Assembly: GCA_028534125.1 (NCBI GenBank)
Contig: CM052829.1
Coordinates: forward strand, 1,364,001 to 1,428,000
Length of the DNA: 64,000 nt
Source: Lama glama
Lineage: Eukaryota
Reading direction: 5' to 3'
Part shown: one piece after another, positions 11,490 through 25,900 of the stretch
Layout of the letters: every line of letters starts with the position of its first letter
Position numbering within the stretch: the first letter of the stretch is position 1
Made by a program: the position numbers and the translations under genes
Notes under the pieces: generated by a model
What the model saw: the letters and a program-made list of their open reading frames with translations, nothing else
The model's database searches: none
What the model was told of the DNA's origin: nothing

Positions 11490-12145
11490 ATAGCAATCCC
11501 GCTCCTGGGTCTTTATTCAAAGAAAACGAAAGCACTAACTCAGAAAGACTCACTTGCTCCCCAGTCCGCGGCAGCACTGTTCACAACAGCCAGGACGTGG
11601 AGGCAACCTAAGTGCCCACGAGCTGACGGCTGGGTAGAAGACACGCTGTGGACACTCAACGGAATGCTACTCGGCCGTAAAAGATGAGGAAATCCTACCG
11701 CTGTGACATCTTTGTGACGGACCTTGAAGGCATCGTGCTAAGTGAAATAAGTCAGAGAAACACAAATACTGTATGATCTCATTTATATGTGGAATTTAAC
11801 AAACAAAAAACAAATCCACAGACACAGAGAACAGATGGGGGGTGGCCAGAGGCGAGGGTCGGGGTGGGAGAAATGGTCAAAATTTCCAGCCTTAAAGTGA
11901 ACAAGTCCTGGGGATCTAATGCCCAGCACGGTGACCATGGTCAGCAACACGGCACCACATGTTGGAACGTTACCAAGAGGGTAGCTCTTCAAAGTCTCAT
12001 CACAAGAGAAAATGTATGAAGATGAATGTTAGACTTACTGTAGTCATTTCACAGTATATACAAGTGTCAGATCCTCACGCAGTGTGCCTGAAACTAACAC
12101 TACATTATGTGTCAATTATGCCTCAGTAAAATTTAAATAATAAAT
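11490..12145 (+). mobile_element. L1MA-like 3' end
   Basis: 'gcagcactgttcacaacagcca', 'gtgctaagtgaaataagtcagagaaa..aaatactgtatgatctca', 'cctgaaactaac..tatgtgtcaattat', A-rich tail. Confidence 0.85.
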
Positions 12146-12699
12146 TTATTTTAACTTGAGGGTTGTCAGCTTCACCAAAATAAAAGAAAATAGAGTTGGA
12201 GGCGGCTTTCGGTGGTTCAGAGCTGGGAAGCCCGTGCAACTCTGGTCCAGCAGGGCGGGTCATAGACACCTTGTTTCTCCATCACTTTGCATTCTGGCTC
12301 CGTGTTTTAAATGTCTGCCCATCAAAACACCACTGTCGGTTGAGCAACTCTAGGTGCTTGGCCTATGTTGCAACACATCTTTCTAAAGATGGCCACTTGC
12401 TCCCTCCCTGTGCTGGGAAAGTCCGTTTGTCTGCAGCAAGCTGACAGCGCTCAGAACCAGGGACGCCGCAGGACACAGTCATCAGAGGTTGTCGTCGTCC
12501 CAAATCCTCTGACCACAACCTGTGCAAAGAGAGGTGTTTCGTCAGCACAGGAAAGTGGTGGCACATCAGAGTGTGATTCAGTGTGAGTGTGTGCACGCAC
12601 GTGTGTGCCTGCACGTGTGGTATGTGTGTGCATTTGTGCATGCGTGTGGCGTCCCTAACCCCTACGTTGCTCAAGGTCAACTGGAGTTCAGTTTTGGAG

Positions 12700-13320
12700 A
12701 AGGACAGAAACGCAAATCAACAGAATAGACTTGAGAGTCCAGAAATAAACCTACGCGTCTACGGTCAGGTGAGTTTCGACAGAGCTCAAGGCCGCGCAGC
12801 GGGAGGGGAACCACACCTCCGGCAGGTGGTGCTGGGACGGGCGGGTCTGCTCATCCAGGGGAGCGGCCTTGTACCCCCACCTCACGCCACATACAGGGAC
12901 TGAGCGGCATGGAGGAGACCGAATACAAGACCTAAAGCCACAGAACACTTAGAAGAAAAAACCAAGTATATCTTTGCATTTGGCAATGACTCCTTAAATG
13001 TGATACCACAGCACACTAGCACCACCACCGAAAACAAAAGCAGGTAAAACGTTCTGTCAAAATTAACATTTTTTGAATCATATTAAGAAAGTAAAAGAAC
13101 AACCCACAGGATGGGAGGATATTTATGCAAATTGTATGTTTGATAAGTGTCTAGTGTCTGAAGTATATAAGGAAATTCTGAGATCTAACATTAAAAAGAT
13201 AAACAATAAAGCTTTCAATGGGCATAGGACATGAATGGACGCTTCTCCAAAGAAGACACACGAACGGCAACAACACGTGAAAGATGCCCGGCGCCATTAG
13301 TCACTCGGCAGCGTACTGAG
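12700..13320 (+). mobile_element. L1M ORF2 3' fragment
   Basis: 'cagaatagacttgagagtccagaaataaacc', 'aagacctaaa', 'caacccacaggatgggag..atatttatgcaaatt', 'ttctccaaagaagacac'. Confidence 0.75.
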
Positions 13321-16300
13321 CGCCATGGAATCGCGCCCGTTAAAATGCCTGGTGGTGAATCTACACTGCACGGGTTGTGCACCTGATCTGCGCCTGGAAA
13401 GCTGTGCTTGGCAGGGGCCCAGTCAGCAAGGGTGCTCCATGCAGAGGAGCCATGTGTTCGATCCCAGCCAAGGAGGAGAGAGGACCCTGTTCAAAGAAAG
13501 GCCGGGCTTTGAGTCAGGGCTTAGGGCTCCATGGACCACGTCAGGAGATTCTGGAAACCCAGGCAGGGGACTGTTTGAAGACGTCTCCACACAAGGAAGA
13601 CCTGAGCACGCGAGCCAGGGAAGCAGGGTGGGGGCAGGAAGAGGAGATGGACCCGGACTGTCCAAGAACCGGGCCCCAGGCCCTGTGTCCCCAGGACGCG
13701 GAGGGAGGAGGCGGTCCGCGCTCCCCCCGGGCTCCAGCCCCAGCACGAGGCCTGTTTCCTTGTCTGAAACGCGTGACCACAGGCGGCGTGGACTAGCTGT
13801 GTCTACCCAGTCGTGGGCAGACAGCCCTCTACGCCCCCTGGGGAGTTTTCTGGGGAAAAAAAAAATTCATGGCATATTGTTCTTTGTACTAAGATACAAT
13901 AGAAGGGGTTTTTCTTAAAACAACCTAAAAACTCGCATTGTAAACCTGTAAGTTGATCTCCTGGCTCCGGTCTGGCTTTTATTTGGGACGACTTCCCCGG
14001 GGAAAGAGCCAAGCCCTTATTCTCTGCCGGGTAAACTCCTGGTTGTTTTTGTTGGCACCCAGCGATCTCACCTGTCCCAACTCCAAGTCAGCAGAAGCCC
14101 TCTGGGCCTTCTGGGCAGAAGGCGCCTTTGAGCCGAGACTCTGCCTGACAAGGTTTTCTGTCTGCTTGTCTCCGCAGACAGAAAACCCTTGGGAGCTGAA
14201 TCCATAGACACTGGAGTTACCGGAAGGCCGGTGCCACTGAGGGACCCCAAGAAAGCCATCCATTTAAAACTCAGGTTGAAGAGTTTACGTAAATAAGCCA
14301 CGTTTCTTAAACTAAGGAATTAGTAAGAAAGCTTTTAGGAGAATGTTTCTTTCACGTCGCTGTGCTCTGATGTCTGCCAGCAGCTTAGCCCGTGACAGGA
14401 CAGAGGAACCCTGGAAGCTGTCAGAAGTCGTGGATTCAGGCTGGGCTTTGCCTCTTGCTGGGCGTCTGGCCTGGACTCCCCGACTTTGCAAGTTGGGGTA
14501 ACGGTGTCCATGCCCGGCAGATGTGTGACGCGGTGCTGGGAGGTGGTGCTCAGAATCTAGAAGGCTTCCTAGGTTCTGTCTCGGGCTCAGCAGGGCTGTC
14601 CTGGCCGGAGACGCAGTGAGGCCGGCGACCCGCTCTGTGCAGCCGCCTCGCCTCTGCGGCAGAGGCAGACGGGGAACCGGTAACACGCAGCCGTTTATTA
14701 AGTAATTTATGAAGCAGACGGTCCATGTTCGTGATAAGTGACGGCAAACGGAAGTCCTGGGGGCTGTGAGTCTAACAGACCTGACTCTGGGGAGGCGGCA
14801 TCTGAGTCCGAGCCGAGCTCCCTGCGTTGTTCAGGAGGGCTGCCCCTCAAGAGAAGCCCATGGGCGGGAGGCAGGGTGCAGAGGCCAGGCGAGCCTGTGC
14901 AGGGGTCACGCCCTGGCGTCGCCACAGACAGACACACAGACAATCAGCAAAGGGCTCAGGCAGGTGTGGTGGTGGTTGACCAGGCCAGGGCAAGGGACCG
15001 GGAGTGGGAGGGATCCATGGGGCGGGGGGCAGTGCAGAGTGGGCTGGGGCCCTGATGGGAGGACTCCGCAGGGAAGGGAGGAGGGACAGGGCAGGTGACC
15101 TCCCAAGCACTCTCAGCCCGGCCGCGCCCTGGGCCGCCTGCCCTACACCCCTTCTGCCGCCTGTGCCCTCACTGCCCGTCCATCAGCTAGAGGCTGGCAC
15201 GTGGCCAGCTGACCAGACTGTCGAGATGCGCACGTCCCCCAAGTCGGTTGGCCCGCGATCTCCCAGGCCTTCTCCAGGCTCGGGGAGAAACGCAAACCCT
15301 GCCCCGCGGGGAGGACGGAGGCCCTGGCGGGGATGCTGCCCTCCCAGCCCTGGACGTGACCCGCGCTCTGAGGTCTGGAGACCATCGCCCCAGACACACG
15401 ATGCCGGCACACCAGGCCGGCCCTCCTGTCTCTCAAGGCCTGAGCTCCCCAGGTCAGACGGACATCCTCACGTGGGACTAGAAGGATGAAGCGAAGCCCC
15501 AGCCTCACGGCCACAGTGGGTGCCCAGAGTACCGTGCCCGCCTCCCTCCCTCCCTCGCTACCCACCCCCTCCTCCTCCAGCTCCTGACCCTCCGTTTGGC
15601 CCCAGCTCCACCTCGGATTCCCAGACTCTCCTGGAAATGCCCCGCCCTGTCACCGCCACCAAGTCCCCACCTGTCCCGCCGGGCCCTGCCTCTGATCCCC
15701 AGTCCTGCAGCCAAGCAGCATCGCGACCCCAGCACCTCCGAACTCAGTCCTCCACTCCCCCCGCGCACCCTTCCCAGATGGGTGGTCCTGACCTGCGACC
15801 TTCAGCTCATGCTCTGCTGATGTGGGGTCGCCCTCAGTCCACATCCAGGAGCACCTGGTCCTGCTTTCCTACTGAATCCCCCCTCAGGGGCTGTCTGGGT
15901 TGTGTCCCCATCCACCCTCGCCCAGACCCTCCTCCCGCCAGACGCACGCATCCACGGCCCAGTACCACGCACTTCCCAGGCCCGGGTCTGCTGCGTGGTT
16001 TCCTTGCTGCAAACCTCAGAGTTTCTGGTTTTCTGATGGAAGGAAGCCTGAGTCCTGGGTCTGGAATCGGACTCATCTTTGTTCACCGCTCACCAGATCT
16101 GTCCTCATGGGTCCCTTACAAACCGCTTCCCGCTCCCTGCGCCCGTGATGCCTGGGTCCAGACGCAGCCCAGACCCCCACTGGGAGGCCCCGCGGGGGCT
16201 CCCGCGTCCTCCTCTGACTCCCACGACCCGGGTGTGTGCGTCCCATGGGCTGTTTTCCAGCTGCCTGCATCCCAGAGGCTCACTAATGTCTATTTATTTA

Positions 16301-16919
16301 CAACTTCCATAGTTTTTTATTGAACGTTTCCCCCATGACATTAACTTGAGCTTTGAGTGGGGAAAGTGCGGGGGCATCTAACTTGTAGAATGAACACCCA
16401 GGTCCTACAGAAACTGTCCGGGCGAAGCGCTGCTTTGCTGAGCGGGCATGCCTCCTCTCCCAAAAACAAGGACGACCAGGAGGCACTGACGCCAGGTCCG
16501 GGCTCCTGGGACGGGGCGGGCGGCAGCCCGGTCACGGCAGCCCGGGGACCAGATGCCCCAGCTCGGGTCCACGCCCACCTTTCAGTACTAAGCTGCTTTT
16601 CTGGCTCAGCTTGAAAACATGAAGTTTGGTCTCGTTAAGAGAAAAGGCTGGTGTCAGGCTGCTGTGTTTCTCCACGCGCCTGCAATCGAAGACGCCCTGG
16701 AGCCTGCTGCAGTCCCGGGACGAGTGACCTTTCCAGGCTCAAGGGCTTGGAAGCCAATTTCCCCTGCAGGGCCTGGGCGCGCCTCATCCTCAGCGGGATC
16801 CAGTGGGGACGAGGAAACCGCCATTCGCGGCTGCCCCGCCGTTAGAGTAACCAGAGCAGCGCTGGGTGTGAAGCAGGTGGAGAAACTCTGGGAAACTAAG
16901 CACGTTTCCATTTTTCTCT

Positions 16920-17340
16920 TTTAAAAACAGCTTTATTGATGAATAATTGGCATAACAATAAACGGCATGCAATTGAGCTGTGCAACTTGATAGACTGTTA
17001 CGAAATGGTAAGCGTGTATATATGTATGTGTGTGTGTGTGTGTCTGTGAAGCCGCCACAGTCATGACAGCGGACTCACCCATCACCTGCAGAAGCACGTT
17101 AGTTTGCCTTTTCCAGGATTTTGTGAAAGTAGAGCCGTAAAGCACGCGTTCTTTCTCTCCACCTTGTGTCAGACGTCCACTCCTCTGCACGGCTGAGCAG
17201 TGCTCTGTCTGGGGTTTTTCAGACTGAAGTCTAATTGGTTTACACTGCTGGGTTAGTTTCTGGCGAGCAGCATAGTGATTCAGTTGTACATACATGTGTA
17301 TTCTTTTTCATGATCTTTTTCATCATAAGCTATTGCATGT
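16920..17340 (-). mobile_element. Two L1 3'-end fragments (old L1M plus a younger artiodactyl-type end from about 17212)
   Basis: 'acagctttattga..ataattggcataacaataaac' and 'tggtttacactgctgggttagtttctgg..cagcatagtgattcagtt'. Confidence 0.65.
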
Positions 17341-18269
17341 TCCCTTGTTTCAAAGAGAGAATCAGGGAAGAAGTCTTCGCTGCAGGGCCCAGGAGCCCCC
17401 CAAGACGACACAGCTCCCCGGCCAGACGGGGCCTTGTGCTTCCCAACCTGTCAGCGCCCGCGGAGGCTGGGGCAGAGGGCCAGGGGCAGCTCAGCCAGCG
17501 CCACTGCTCACGTCCCCGCCTTGGAGACCGGCCTGCTCGACATCTGAATGTAGACCGGGCAGGGGGAGGTGGTTCAAATGGGAAAGGAAAAGTCTGGATT
17601 CTCCTGAAAGACCACGCAGCAGGGAGGCATCCTGCTCGACACTTAATGACACGCCACACCCGGCAGACTTCAAAGGGCAGATTCCCACCACAACAGCGGC
17701 TTTGGGACCGTGAGCACACACCCCACAGGGCCCCAAGCTCAGGGACACACCTGCCCGCCCGTCCTCTCCAGATGTGTCAGGGGTTGGTACTTCAGAGCCT
17801 CTCCCAGGGCGTCTCTGAGCACGAACCACTCCGACTGGAGAAAGACATTCCTTACACAGACCCCGAGTTCCATGTGTCCTCACATCCCCTGAAACCCCCT
17901 TCCCCCAGCTTTGGCTTCTGCAGAGAAGGGAAGGCAGGGGCTGGACACCCCGGGATCTCCAAACAGGGAGGGAGGGGACCATGCCACTCACTTTCGGGCC
18001 TCGGGCCCCACAGTTTAAGCTACAAAGTGTTTTGAGGGCTCTGGTTTGTCTCGGTCCATCAGCTCCAGGGCTGGCGCCTGTTCTTGGGCTGCGGGTCCAC
18101 CTCAGGGCCACGGGGCAGGTTCAGACACAAAGGTCTACACGGGACAACATCTGCAGGACTTCACTTCAGGGTTTAAACCAGCGCCTTAAACAGACCATCC
18201 CCAGCACGTCCGCGTTTGCCCTCATCCTGCCGCTCCGCTCAGGCAGCGCGGGGTCTAACCTCCGGGGGT

Positions 18270-18465
18270 CTGGAATCAGGCAGGTGCGGCTCCGGTCCGC
18301 CCCACCACCTGCAGGCTGGGGCCTTGGGGCCGTCACCCACCCGTCTGAGCTACGTCTCTTCCTCCAGCAAAGGCGTGATAATGATGGCACTGTCTCACGG
18401 GGCCAGCGAGAGAGCACGGTTAAGACCGCGCCGGGCAAATACCAAGCACTCAACACACGTTAGCA
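18270..18465 (+). mobile_element. MIR SINE (GC-shifted)
   Basis: 'gccttggggccgtcacccacccgtctgagctacgtctcttcctccagcaaaggcgtgataat..aagcactcaacacacgttagc'. Confidence 0.55.
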
Positions 18466-21400
18466 GTTTCTTTCCTAGTGGTCACCGAGCACCTACTGCT
18501 GAGAAAGTACCAGACACTCGAAGCCCAGCTCAAATGTCACCTCCTCAGTGAAGCCTTTTATGATATGACCCCCAGACTGCCAGGAGCCTGGCCCGGCTCC
18601 CCACCCCCACCCCGCAGCGCCTCCTCTGACCGCCAGCGTGGTCAGCAGCCTGCAGCGGTGCCTCCGACTTTGACCCTCTGTGTCTGTGCTCCACCCACTT
18701 CCTGTGCCGCTGCACTCAGTTTACGGAGCTGACCCCACCCCAAGCCTCACACCACGCTGGGCACTGAATATCCCAAGACGAGAGAAGCCCAGTCCCAGCT
18801 CTGGAGCAGGATATGGGGACTCCTGGCAGCGCAGAGTCACAGGAAAAGCACAAGAGCGGACACTTCAGAGGCACCCACAGAGGGCAAAGTCCCGAGGTGG
18901 GACGGAGGAGAGGTGGGGCTGAGCAGGGCCACCAGGGTGGGCAGGTGGCAGTGCCCCTGGACTCAGGTACCACTGGCAAAGGTCTGGAGAGAGTCTTCCC
19001 CAAACCTTGGAGCTGCCCCCAGCCCCGAGCTGCACCCCCCCCCAAAGTTCCTACACACGTCTGCAGGTCCGTGGGTGCTGCCTGGGTCATGGCGGTGACC
19101 CAACTCCCTCCCGAGCCCGTAACCCAGAGAACTTTACCTGCCCAGGGTCTGGTTCTGCCCCGTGCTCCCAGCAGCTGGCTGGACCCCTCCGATCAACAGC
19201 AAAGCCCCCACCTCCTGACACAAGTTCTCCGTCCCCGAAACTCCTGTCCTCAGCTTCATGTCCTCGATGTGGCCCTGCTGCTGGGTGGAAACCAAAGACG
19301 TCTCTGTGGTCGGGAGGATTTTCCAGCCCCGGGGTAAATACAGCTTTTCAGTTTTCCTCCAATCACACCAGCACTTACCCCCCATCAAGTCGTTGGGCCA
19401 CCCTCCCCCCAAGGAACTCTTCTGACACGTCCCTGCTGAGGTCAACACGACTCCTGAGCACCTGGGCTCTGATCCATCACGTCCTTGACTGAGACGAGGC
19501 GACCTTGGGAGACTGTTCTGTGCTCCTTTCCTTGACCTGATCCTGTCATTGTCACTTTCTAAAGTACTTTCGCTCCCCTGCACATTCTGTCGCCAAAGTC
19601 ACAGAGGGGGCTGTCTGCAGACTGCACGCAGTGAGGGCCCCTGCCGCACCTGAGCTACGCCGGACTCTTGAGAACGTTCCCCATTTTTTCTAGCACATTG
19701 TCACTCTTCCCTCCTCCCGGGACGGCCACCCCCTCCCAGCCCCACCTCCCATCACCAAGCCCACCTGCCCCGAACCCTGACCTAACCCTACCTAACCCAC
19801 CAACTCCACGTGCACTTCAGACCACGCCGGCCCGCTGGCCCGGCTGGGACCCTCAGAGCCGCACTGCGCCCTGTGCTCACCCGGCTGCCCCCCAGGTGTG
19901 GGCGGGGGAGGGCGCTCCTCCGAGACCCGTCTGCCGCCCGGAGTCCAGGCAGCACGCCCGGCACGCGGAGGGCACAGGACAGGCGTTGTCGAGTGAACTC
20001 ATTTTAAAATGTGCCAGTCTGCTGGAGCGCTCCGAGAACCTTGAAAACGGACACTTTAACAATAGCTTTTATCGTTTTGCAGGTTACTTTAGAGCTTAGT
20101 TCTTATAAATAAATATAATATATAAATACATTTTTACATAGTTATTATCTTTTTGTACAGAAAAGCTAGAGACAAAGATCTTTAGAGGAAGTTGGACAAA
20201 AAGCAAAAGAGAATTCCTCCGAAGAGTTTCATCCAAAGGAGAGAAACAGTAAGGCGTGAGCTAGCAAGGAGCCTGCAGGAAGCAAAACAGCCACTTTCTT
20301 TGCAAAACAGCACAAAGGTGTTGTTCCCCGAAATATTCCACTGCCACTTCGTCGCTCGTCTGGGGGACGACGTAAAGATGTCCCTTCTTCTGTCTCAGTG
20401 CGAAGTCCCACCTGGTCCCAAATGGGAAGCGCACGGCTGGCTTGTAGAAATGAGAACTCACCCCGAGGTGGCGGCCCGCGTCCCCACCAGGAGACGGAGG
20501 ACCCAGGGCGTGGAGGGTGCGCACTCGGGTGGGGGTCCTGCGGCTCTGCGGGGGGGCCCAGGGTGGGTCGTCTGCTGACTGGATCTGCAGGAACCAGCCG
20601 CCTGGAGCCAGGCGCCTGGGGGGGGGCCAGCTGGGGAGCTGCTCTGTTTAATTGCACATTAATATTAAAATCAGACACAGACGCTGCCCCAGGGAGCCAA
20701 TTCTCACTTGCAGGAGGGGGAGAGGGTGGGGAGGGTGGAAGCAGCTGGAGGCAAGGTGGGTAACAGCTCCGTAAGGAGACTGTTTGAAGATTCACTTAGT
20801 TGTCCAATGGTCTGTGCACAGACTGCTTGGTGAACACCGATCACCAGTTAAGATGCATGAAACCAGAAAATCCATCACACTTTCCAGGGATGTTTTGAAG
20901 GAAACTCCCAGGGGCCTGCCCAGGGCCAGCCCCCTGCTCTGGCCCCGGAGCCTGGCCAGTAAGTTGGTGGTGGGGGTGGTTCCTCCAAAGGCAGGTGAGA
21001 GTTAGCCTAGCGCTGGAAGCCAGAGGAAACCCCAGCCCCACGTGGTCCTCTCACTTGGTGAGAAATGCAACAGCCGGCCGCCTGGAAGGGGGGCTGTGAG
21101 GCCAGGACACTGCTCAGACTGGGTGAAAAGGTGTGTGATTTCAGTGTTTAGGAATAAGCAAAAAGTGCCCTCAGACCTAAGCAGGAGGGGTGAGGCGAGA
21201 ACTGGGAAGCGGGTAGGTCTGGACCCAAAGTCCCAGCAAGTTTCCCACGGCCGAGGCCCTGCACAGTGGCCCCCAGGCCATGCTCAGTGGCCCCCAGCGC
21301 CCCTCGTCACCGCTGACCTCACATCCTTTTCTCATGGTTATTTCACAATGTCACCCAGCCATGCACATGTCACAAACTCTCTTCCCCCCAAAATTCATGA

Positions 21401-24400
21401 ATTGTTTTTAAAACCTCTTTCTCAGCAAGTGTGAAATGAAACATTGGCTCCTTTTGAAGTTAATCCGTCTGAGAAGCGGCCTCACGGCGAGCCAGCGGGC
21501 CCGCCACGCCCCGAGCCCCTCCTCCCGTGCTCCCTGGGGAACTTCTTCCCTAACGTGCCTGGTCGGGTGACTGCGCGACTCACACCTGCCTCCCGTGGCT
21601 GAGAGGATGACGCCCGTCAGGTCCTGTCTGCCCGGTCCTCGAGCCTAACTCTCCAAAGACCGTCGGTCCCCACCCCTCTCTCATCTGCTGGGACGGTCAG
21701 GACCCTGCAGGGACGTCAGGAGCTGCTGGGAAACACTCGTTGTCACGTCACGAGGGAAGTGCTGCCCCCGAAAGACAAGCCAGCCCTGCGGCGCGGCTGC
21801 CCGCCCGCCGCAGGCAGAGAGGTGCTCAGGCCGAGGCTCAGGCACCTGGGCGGGGACTCCGTGCTGCCGCGCCCCGAGCCCCTGCACGGCGGGGCCGCGG
21901 GGCTGCCGGTCAGCGGGTCGGGACAGCACTGCACTTCGGTCTCTGTTTCACGTCTGCTCGAGGTCCTCTCCTGGGGCCTCTCAGGCACTCTGTTTTATTC
22001 CACGCCGCTCACCCTAACTTTCCTCCTCTGCAAAGCGATGCCAAGTATACGTATGGAGAACGTCGCCCTGACGCCAGACGTGGCACTGCAGAGAGAAAAC
22101 ACCAGGACATCTCGCCGAATGTCTCTACTTCGGCTGGACACCGTGTGAACAGGCTCCTGCAGCCTAAACCTGTCTCCGGCCTTGACGATCCTGAAGGTCA
22201 CCTCGTGGGAGCAGGAGCAGAATTCCCCGAGGAGCACGGCCCCAGCCGCCCCTGGCCGCCCCCTGCCCAGACACGCGCACACACACGGCTCACAGACGCC
22301 TCACCCAACCCCCCGGACCACGGCACCAGGCGGGGGCAAGGTGATTGAAGGGGTGAGAAGACCGACCGGAGCTGGGGCCACACAGCATGTGCAGCACCAG
22401 TGGGAGAAGGTCCTCAACGGCACGTCTCCGGGGGGCGCTGAAAGCAGGGCTGGTGTTGCACCTTCACAGGACGTCCCCTTTGGGGTGCGGTCCCCTCACG
22501 CTAACTGTGCTGGTGTCCTTCCCTGCAGACTCACAAGGGGTGGGTGGCCTTTGAGGGTCACTCCCCTGGCCCCCTGCCTCATTCAGACGAGAACTCCTCC
22601 TGGGAAGCGCCTGGCCTCAGAGCAGCCCCGGCCGGCCGGGCCAGTGCAGACTCTGGGACATGGCTTCACATGAACACGTCTCCGGTGGGAGCCAGGTGAT
22701 GGGCCGTCCCGAAGGGCCATCCTCCATAGAAACAGGTCCAGCCAGAGGGCCGTCTCTGCGGCACTAGGATGATCCCCGTGGGTCACGGGCACTGAGAGTA
22801 ACGGGCGTCTCGGAGCAGGAAGAGTGACCATAGCAGTGTTTGGGACAGGAGATTAGATGTGACGCTGGACGGACCAGCATTCCCATTGTCAGGATGTTTC
22901 GGGCTCTGATCCAAGGTACTGTCAGCGATGGCGAAGGTTCTCAGAAGGAGAAAATGCGCCGTGGAAGGAGCCACAACGAGGAACATGAGCCCTTTGCTGC
23001 CTTTCCCAGGAGACGGCCCAGCTGCGTTCACGATGGACCTTCCCGCTCAGCTCGGACCTCTGCCGGGTCCCTCCCCACACCCCTGGGCATGGACGGAGTC
23101 TAAATGCCCAGAGATGTCAGTCCAGGAAGTATGTTTTCTCTCCCATTTAACATGTCTTTGCGAAATGTGGGCTGATAATAAAATATCTTAAAAGAAAAAA
23201 ATTCTGCTGGGAAATGTCATTAAGTGGATATGCTATTACAAACGGAAAACCTGAAGTTTATTTTCAGGGAAATCCACCTCCACTGTAAGGGGTGCTGCCT
23301 TCCCGCCTCAGACCAGGGCGTGGACTGAGACCAGCTCCGAAGGCCTCCCGGTGTCCTTTGACGGAAAGGACTCACTCATGCTGAATGTCATTTGTCACTG
23401 TCTGATCCTGGTGTCAGCCAGTCAGGTCCCAGGTCCACGTGCCCTTCCCAGCCTCACTCTCAAGTCTCGGAACCTGCAAGTCTGAGACAGAGACTGCTCT
23501 GTGCTCAGAGAACTCATCCAATTACAGGATGCGGTGACTGGATTAGGAGAGGAAACCCTGGGGCGCTGTGAATGATTCAACAAGAATACACCAAGACGAA
23601 ACGCTCAGCAAGGTGGGGTCTGCCACATTCGGCTGTCGGCTCATGGAGGAGGCCCAGGGACAATTAAACCAGCTGAGGCCGCAAGGCCCCGGCGCTCTGT
23701 CTGAGAAGCCAGCATTGAGGGCAGACGTGGGGCCCCTCGGGCAGGTGCAGGGGGCTGCCGAGGGAGGGCCCCGGTGGGTGAAGGCATGGGGGTCCCTGCT
23801 CTCGGAGGCAGCAAGGAGACCCCTCCACGTTTAAGGGGGCATCTGACTGCCCAGGGCGTTTTCCCCGCTCTGACTCCATCCCTGACCGCAAGACAGTCAG
23901 TCGGATGGTGGTGGCCAGGACCACTTTGCTGGTGTTTTGTGACCACTTTGCCCTGTTTCGTCAGGATCCCGGTCTCACCTGGTGTCCTGGGGACTCTGTC
24001 ATCATTCCTCCCACTGACTGCTGCTCACTCTCCCCTGCCGACCCCCAAGGTCATGGCCACACCAAGGACAGGAGCAAATGTCATAACCCAGATGTCGATC
24101 AAGCCCTTCCTGGGGGCCACAGGCTGTCCGCCAGGGATGCTGTGGGAAAGTCCCCGCCGCCAGAGGAAGGGGAGCCCCGGAGGGGTTGTGTCCCGAGGGT
24201 GGGCCACAGGGCCCCTCTCAGCATCCTTCCCGGACCCTGCTCCGCCCGGGGTCCTGCTGCCGCAAGTTCAGGAGGTTTGCCTGCGTCTCCTGGACTCCCC
24301 TGCAGCACGAGGCAGGGCTGACCACAGCTCGGGCCAGCGTCCGGGCTCAGACGTCCAAGGCCTCCTCCCCTTTCTGCCCTTTACGAGCCATGTGGCCCAA

Positions 24401-25654
24401 GCAGAAGTCTGTTTTCTCATCTGTTGACGGGGTGTGACCTCAGGTGGCTCTGGTGAAGGTCCCACGAGATGGTGCCCACAGCCATCGCAGGTGCCCTGTG
24501 AACCCAGTGTCACCGTGGTCACCCCTCTTGTCCTTGTTCTTGCCCCCAATGACACGGGGAGCACGCCCGCCAGTCTTCAGCTGCATCCCCAGCGCAGTGC
24601 CTGGTGCAGGGGGCTGTTTGTTCGCAGACCTGCAGTGTTTCCAGTTCAGCCCCACTCCTGAGCCCCACACCCATGTCCCATTGGCCTCCTGTGCACATTT
24701 ACCTGCAGGTTCCGAGAGCAGTCAAACCAGGTACCCAAACTGGAGATTAGCATCTCTTTGCCTCACTTACTTCTCCCGAAAAAATCCATTCTCTTCTCTA
24801 GTTTCTGCCCGGGGGACAGACACAAGTCCCCACCTGCCCGAAGTCTCCATCCGAAGTGTAGCCCAGACTCATCTCCCCTCCACTTCACAGCCGGTTAGTC
24901 CCCGAGGGCCCTGAGTTCTACCTGCGAGGCCCCCTAGTTCTGCGCCTTTCCTCTTCCCGCTGAAGCACAGCCCAGCAGGAACCAGAGGAGACTGGGGCAA
25001 CCTTTAACGAAGAAGAATATGAAAAGGTGTTTCTGTACGTACACGCGTGACCGGGACATGGTGCTGGACACCAGAAACCGGCACGTTGTAACGGACTGTG
25101 CTTCAACAAAAGGCAAATAAACGACCACAGCAACACAGCGCAGGCAACGCAGAGGGAAGCAACGGACAAGAGCGGCTCACACGCCCGCTTAGCTGCCTGG
25201 TCACGGGGAGGGGGGCGGGGGTCTCCTGCCTGTGCGGCCTCAAGTCCCCGGAAGTGGTACCAGCTCCTGAGATGCACCCGGTCTGTGCTCAGACGCCAGG
25301 CCAGGTGTCCACAGGCACCGCCGGTGCTGGAACCGTGTTCTGCCGTGTTCCTCTACCCCGATTCTTTACCTGGAACTGATCAAAATGAAGGGAAATGTAC
25401 AACGTGTTTGAGCGACCAGTCCATGCAGCGATTTCCCATAGACTTTCAGTTGTTGATTTATTCTTAACTAATTGTTGTTATGCGGACAGATCAGAGGACA
25501 CATTCACCAGAAAGAGTCACCATTTGGGACAAGAAAAACTCCAGGCAAAATGATGAAAGTTTAATAACAGAGCATGGCCTTCTGCACGCAGACTTGAGCT
25601 CATTTGATCTTCACTGGCACCAGAGCTCAGAAGCATGTTATTAGTCACAGAGCA

Positions 25655-25900
25655 GCATGTATCGCAGGATTCCATTCACATGAAACCCCCAGAACGGGCA
25701 AGTCCACACACACACAACGCAGATGTGTGGCTGCCCAAGACTGGGGGAAGGAGGGAGGGTGACAGCCAAGGGGCCACCCCTTTCTTCTGGGTGACAGAAA
25801 TGTCCAGAACCTGACCGTGGCGATGACAGCACGATGACTGGACTACACACTTTGTATGGATGGACTTTGCGGTGTGTGAGTTCCGTCCCAGTGAAACCGC
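25655..25900 (+). mobile_element. L1MB/MC-like 3' end fragment
   Basis: 'gattccattcacatgaaacccccagaacgggcaagtccac', 'ttctgggtgacagaaatgtcc', 'acactttgtatggatggacttt'. Confidence 0.65.

Noticed and set aside
17235-18035. 266-aa ORF and similar long ORFs (15520-16323, 33471-34259, 48792-49574, 59709-60488)
   Set aside because: P/G/R/A-rich, overlapping in several frames and strands, often starting at non-ATG codons or inside repeats. Expected by chance at this GC content, with no recognisable domain.
19770-19800. Interstitial telomere-like repeat (cctaacccta cctaaccc)
   Set aside because: Only 3-4 degenerate units within a C-rich tract; likely chance.
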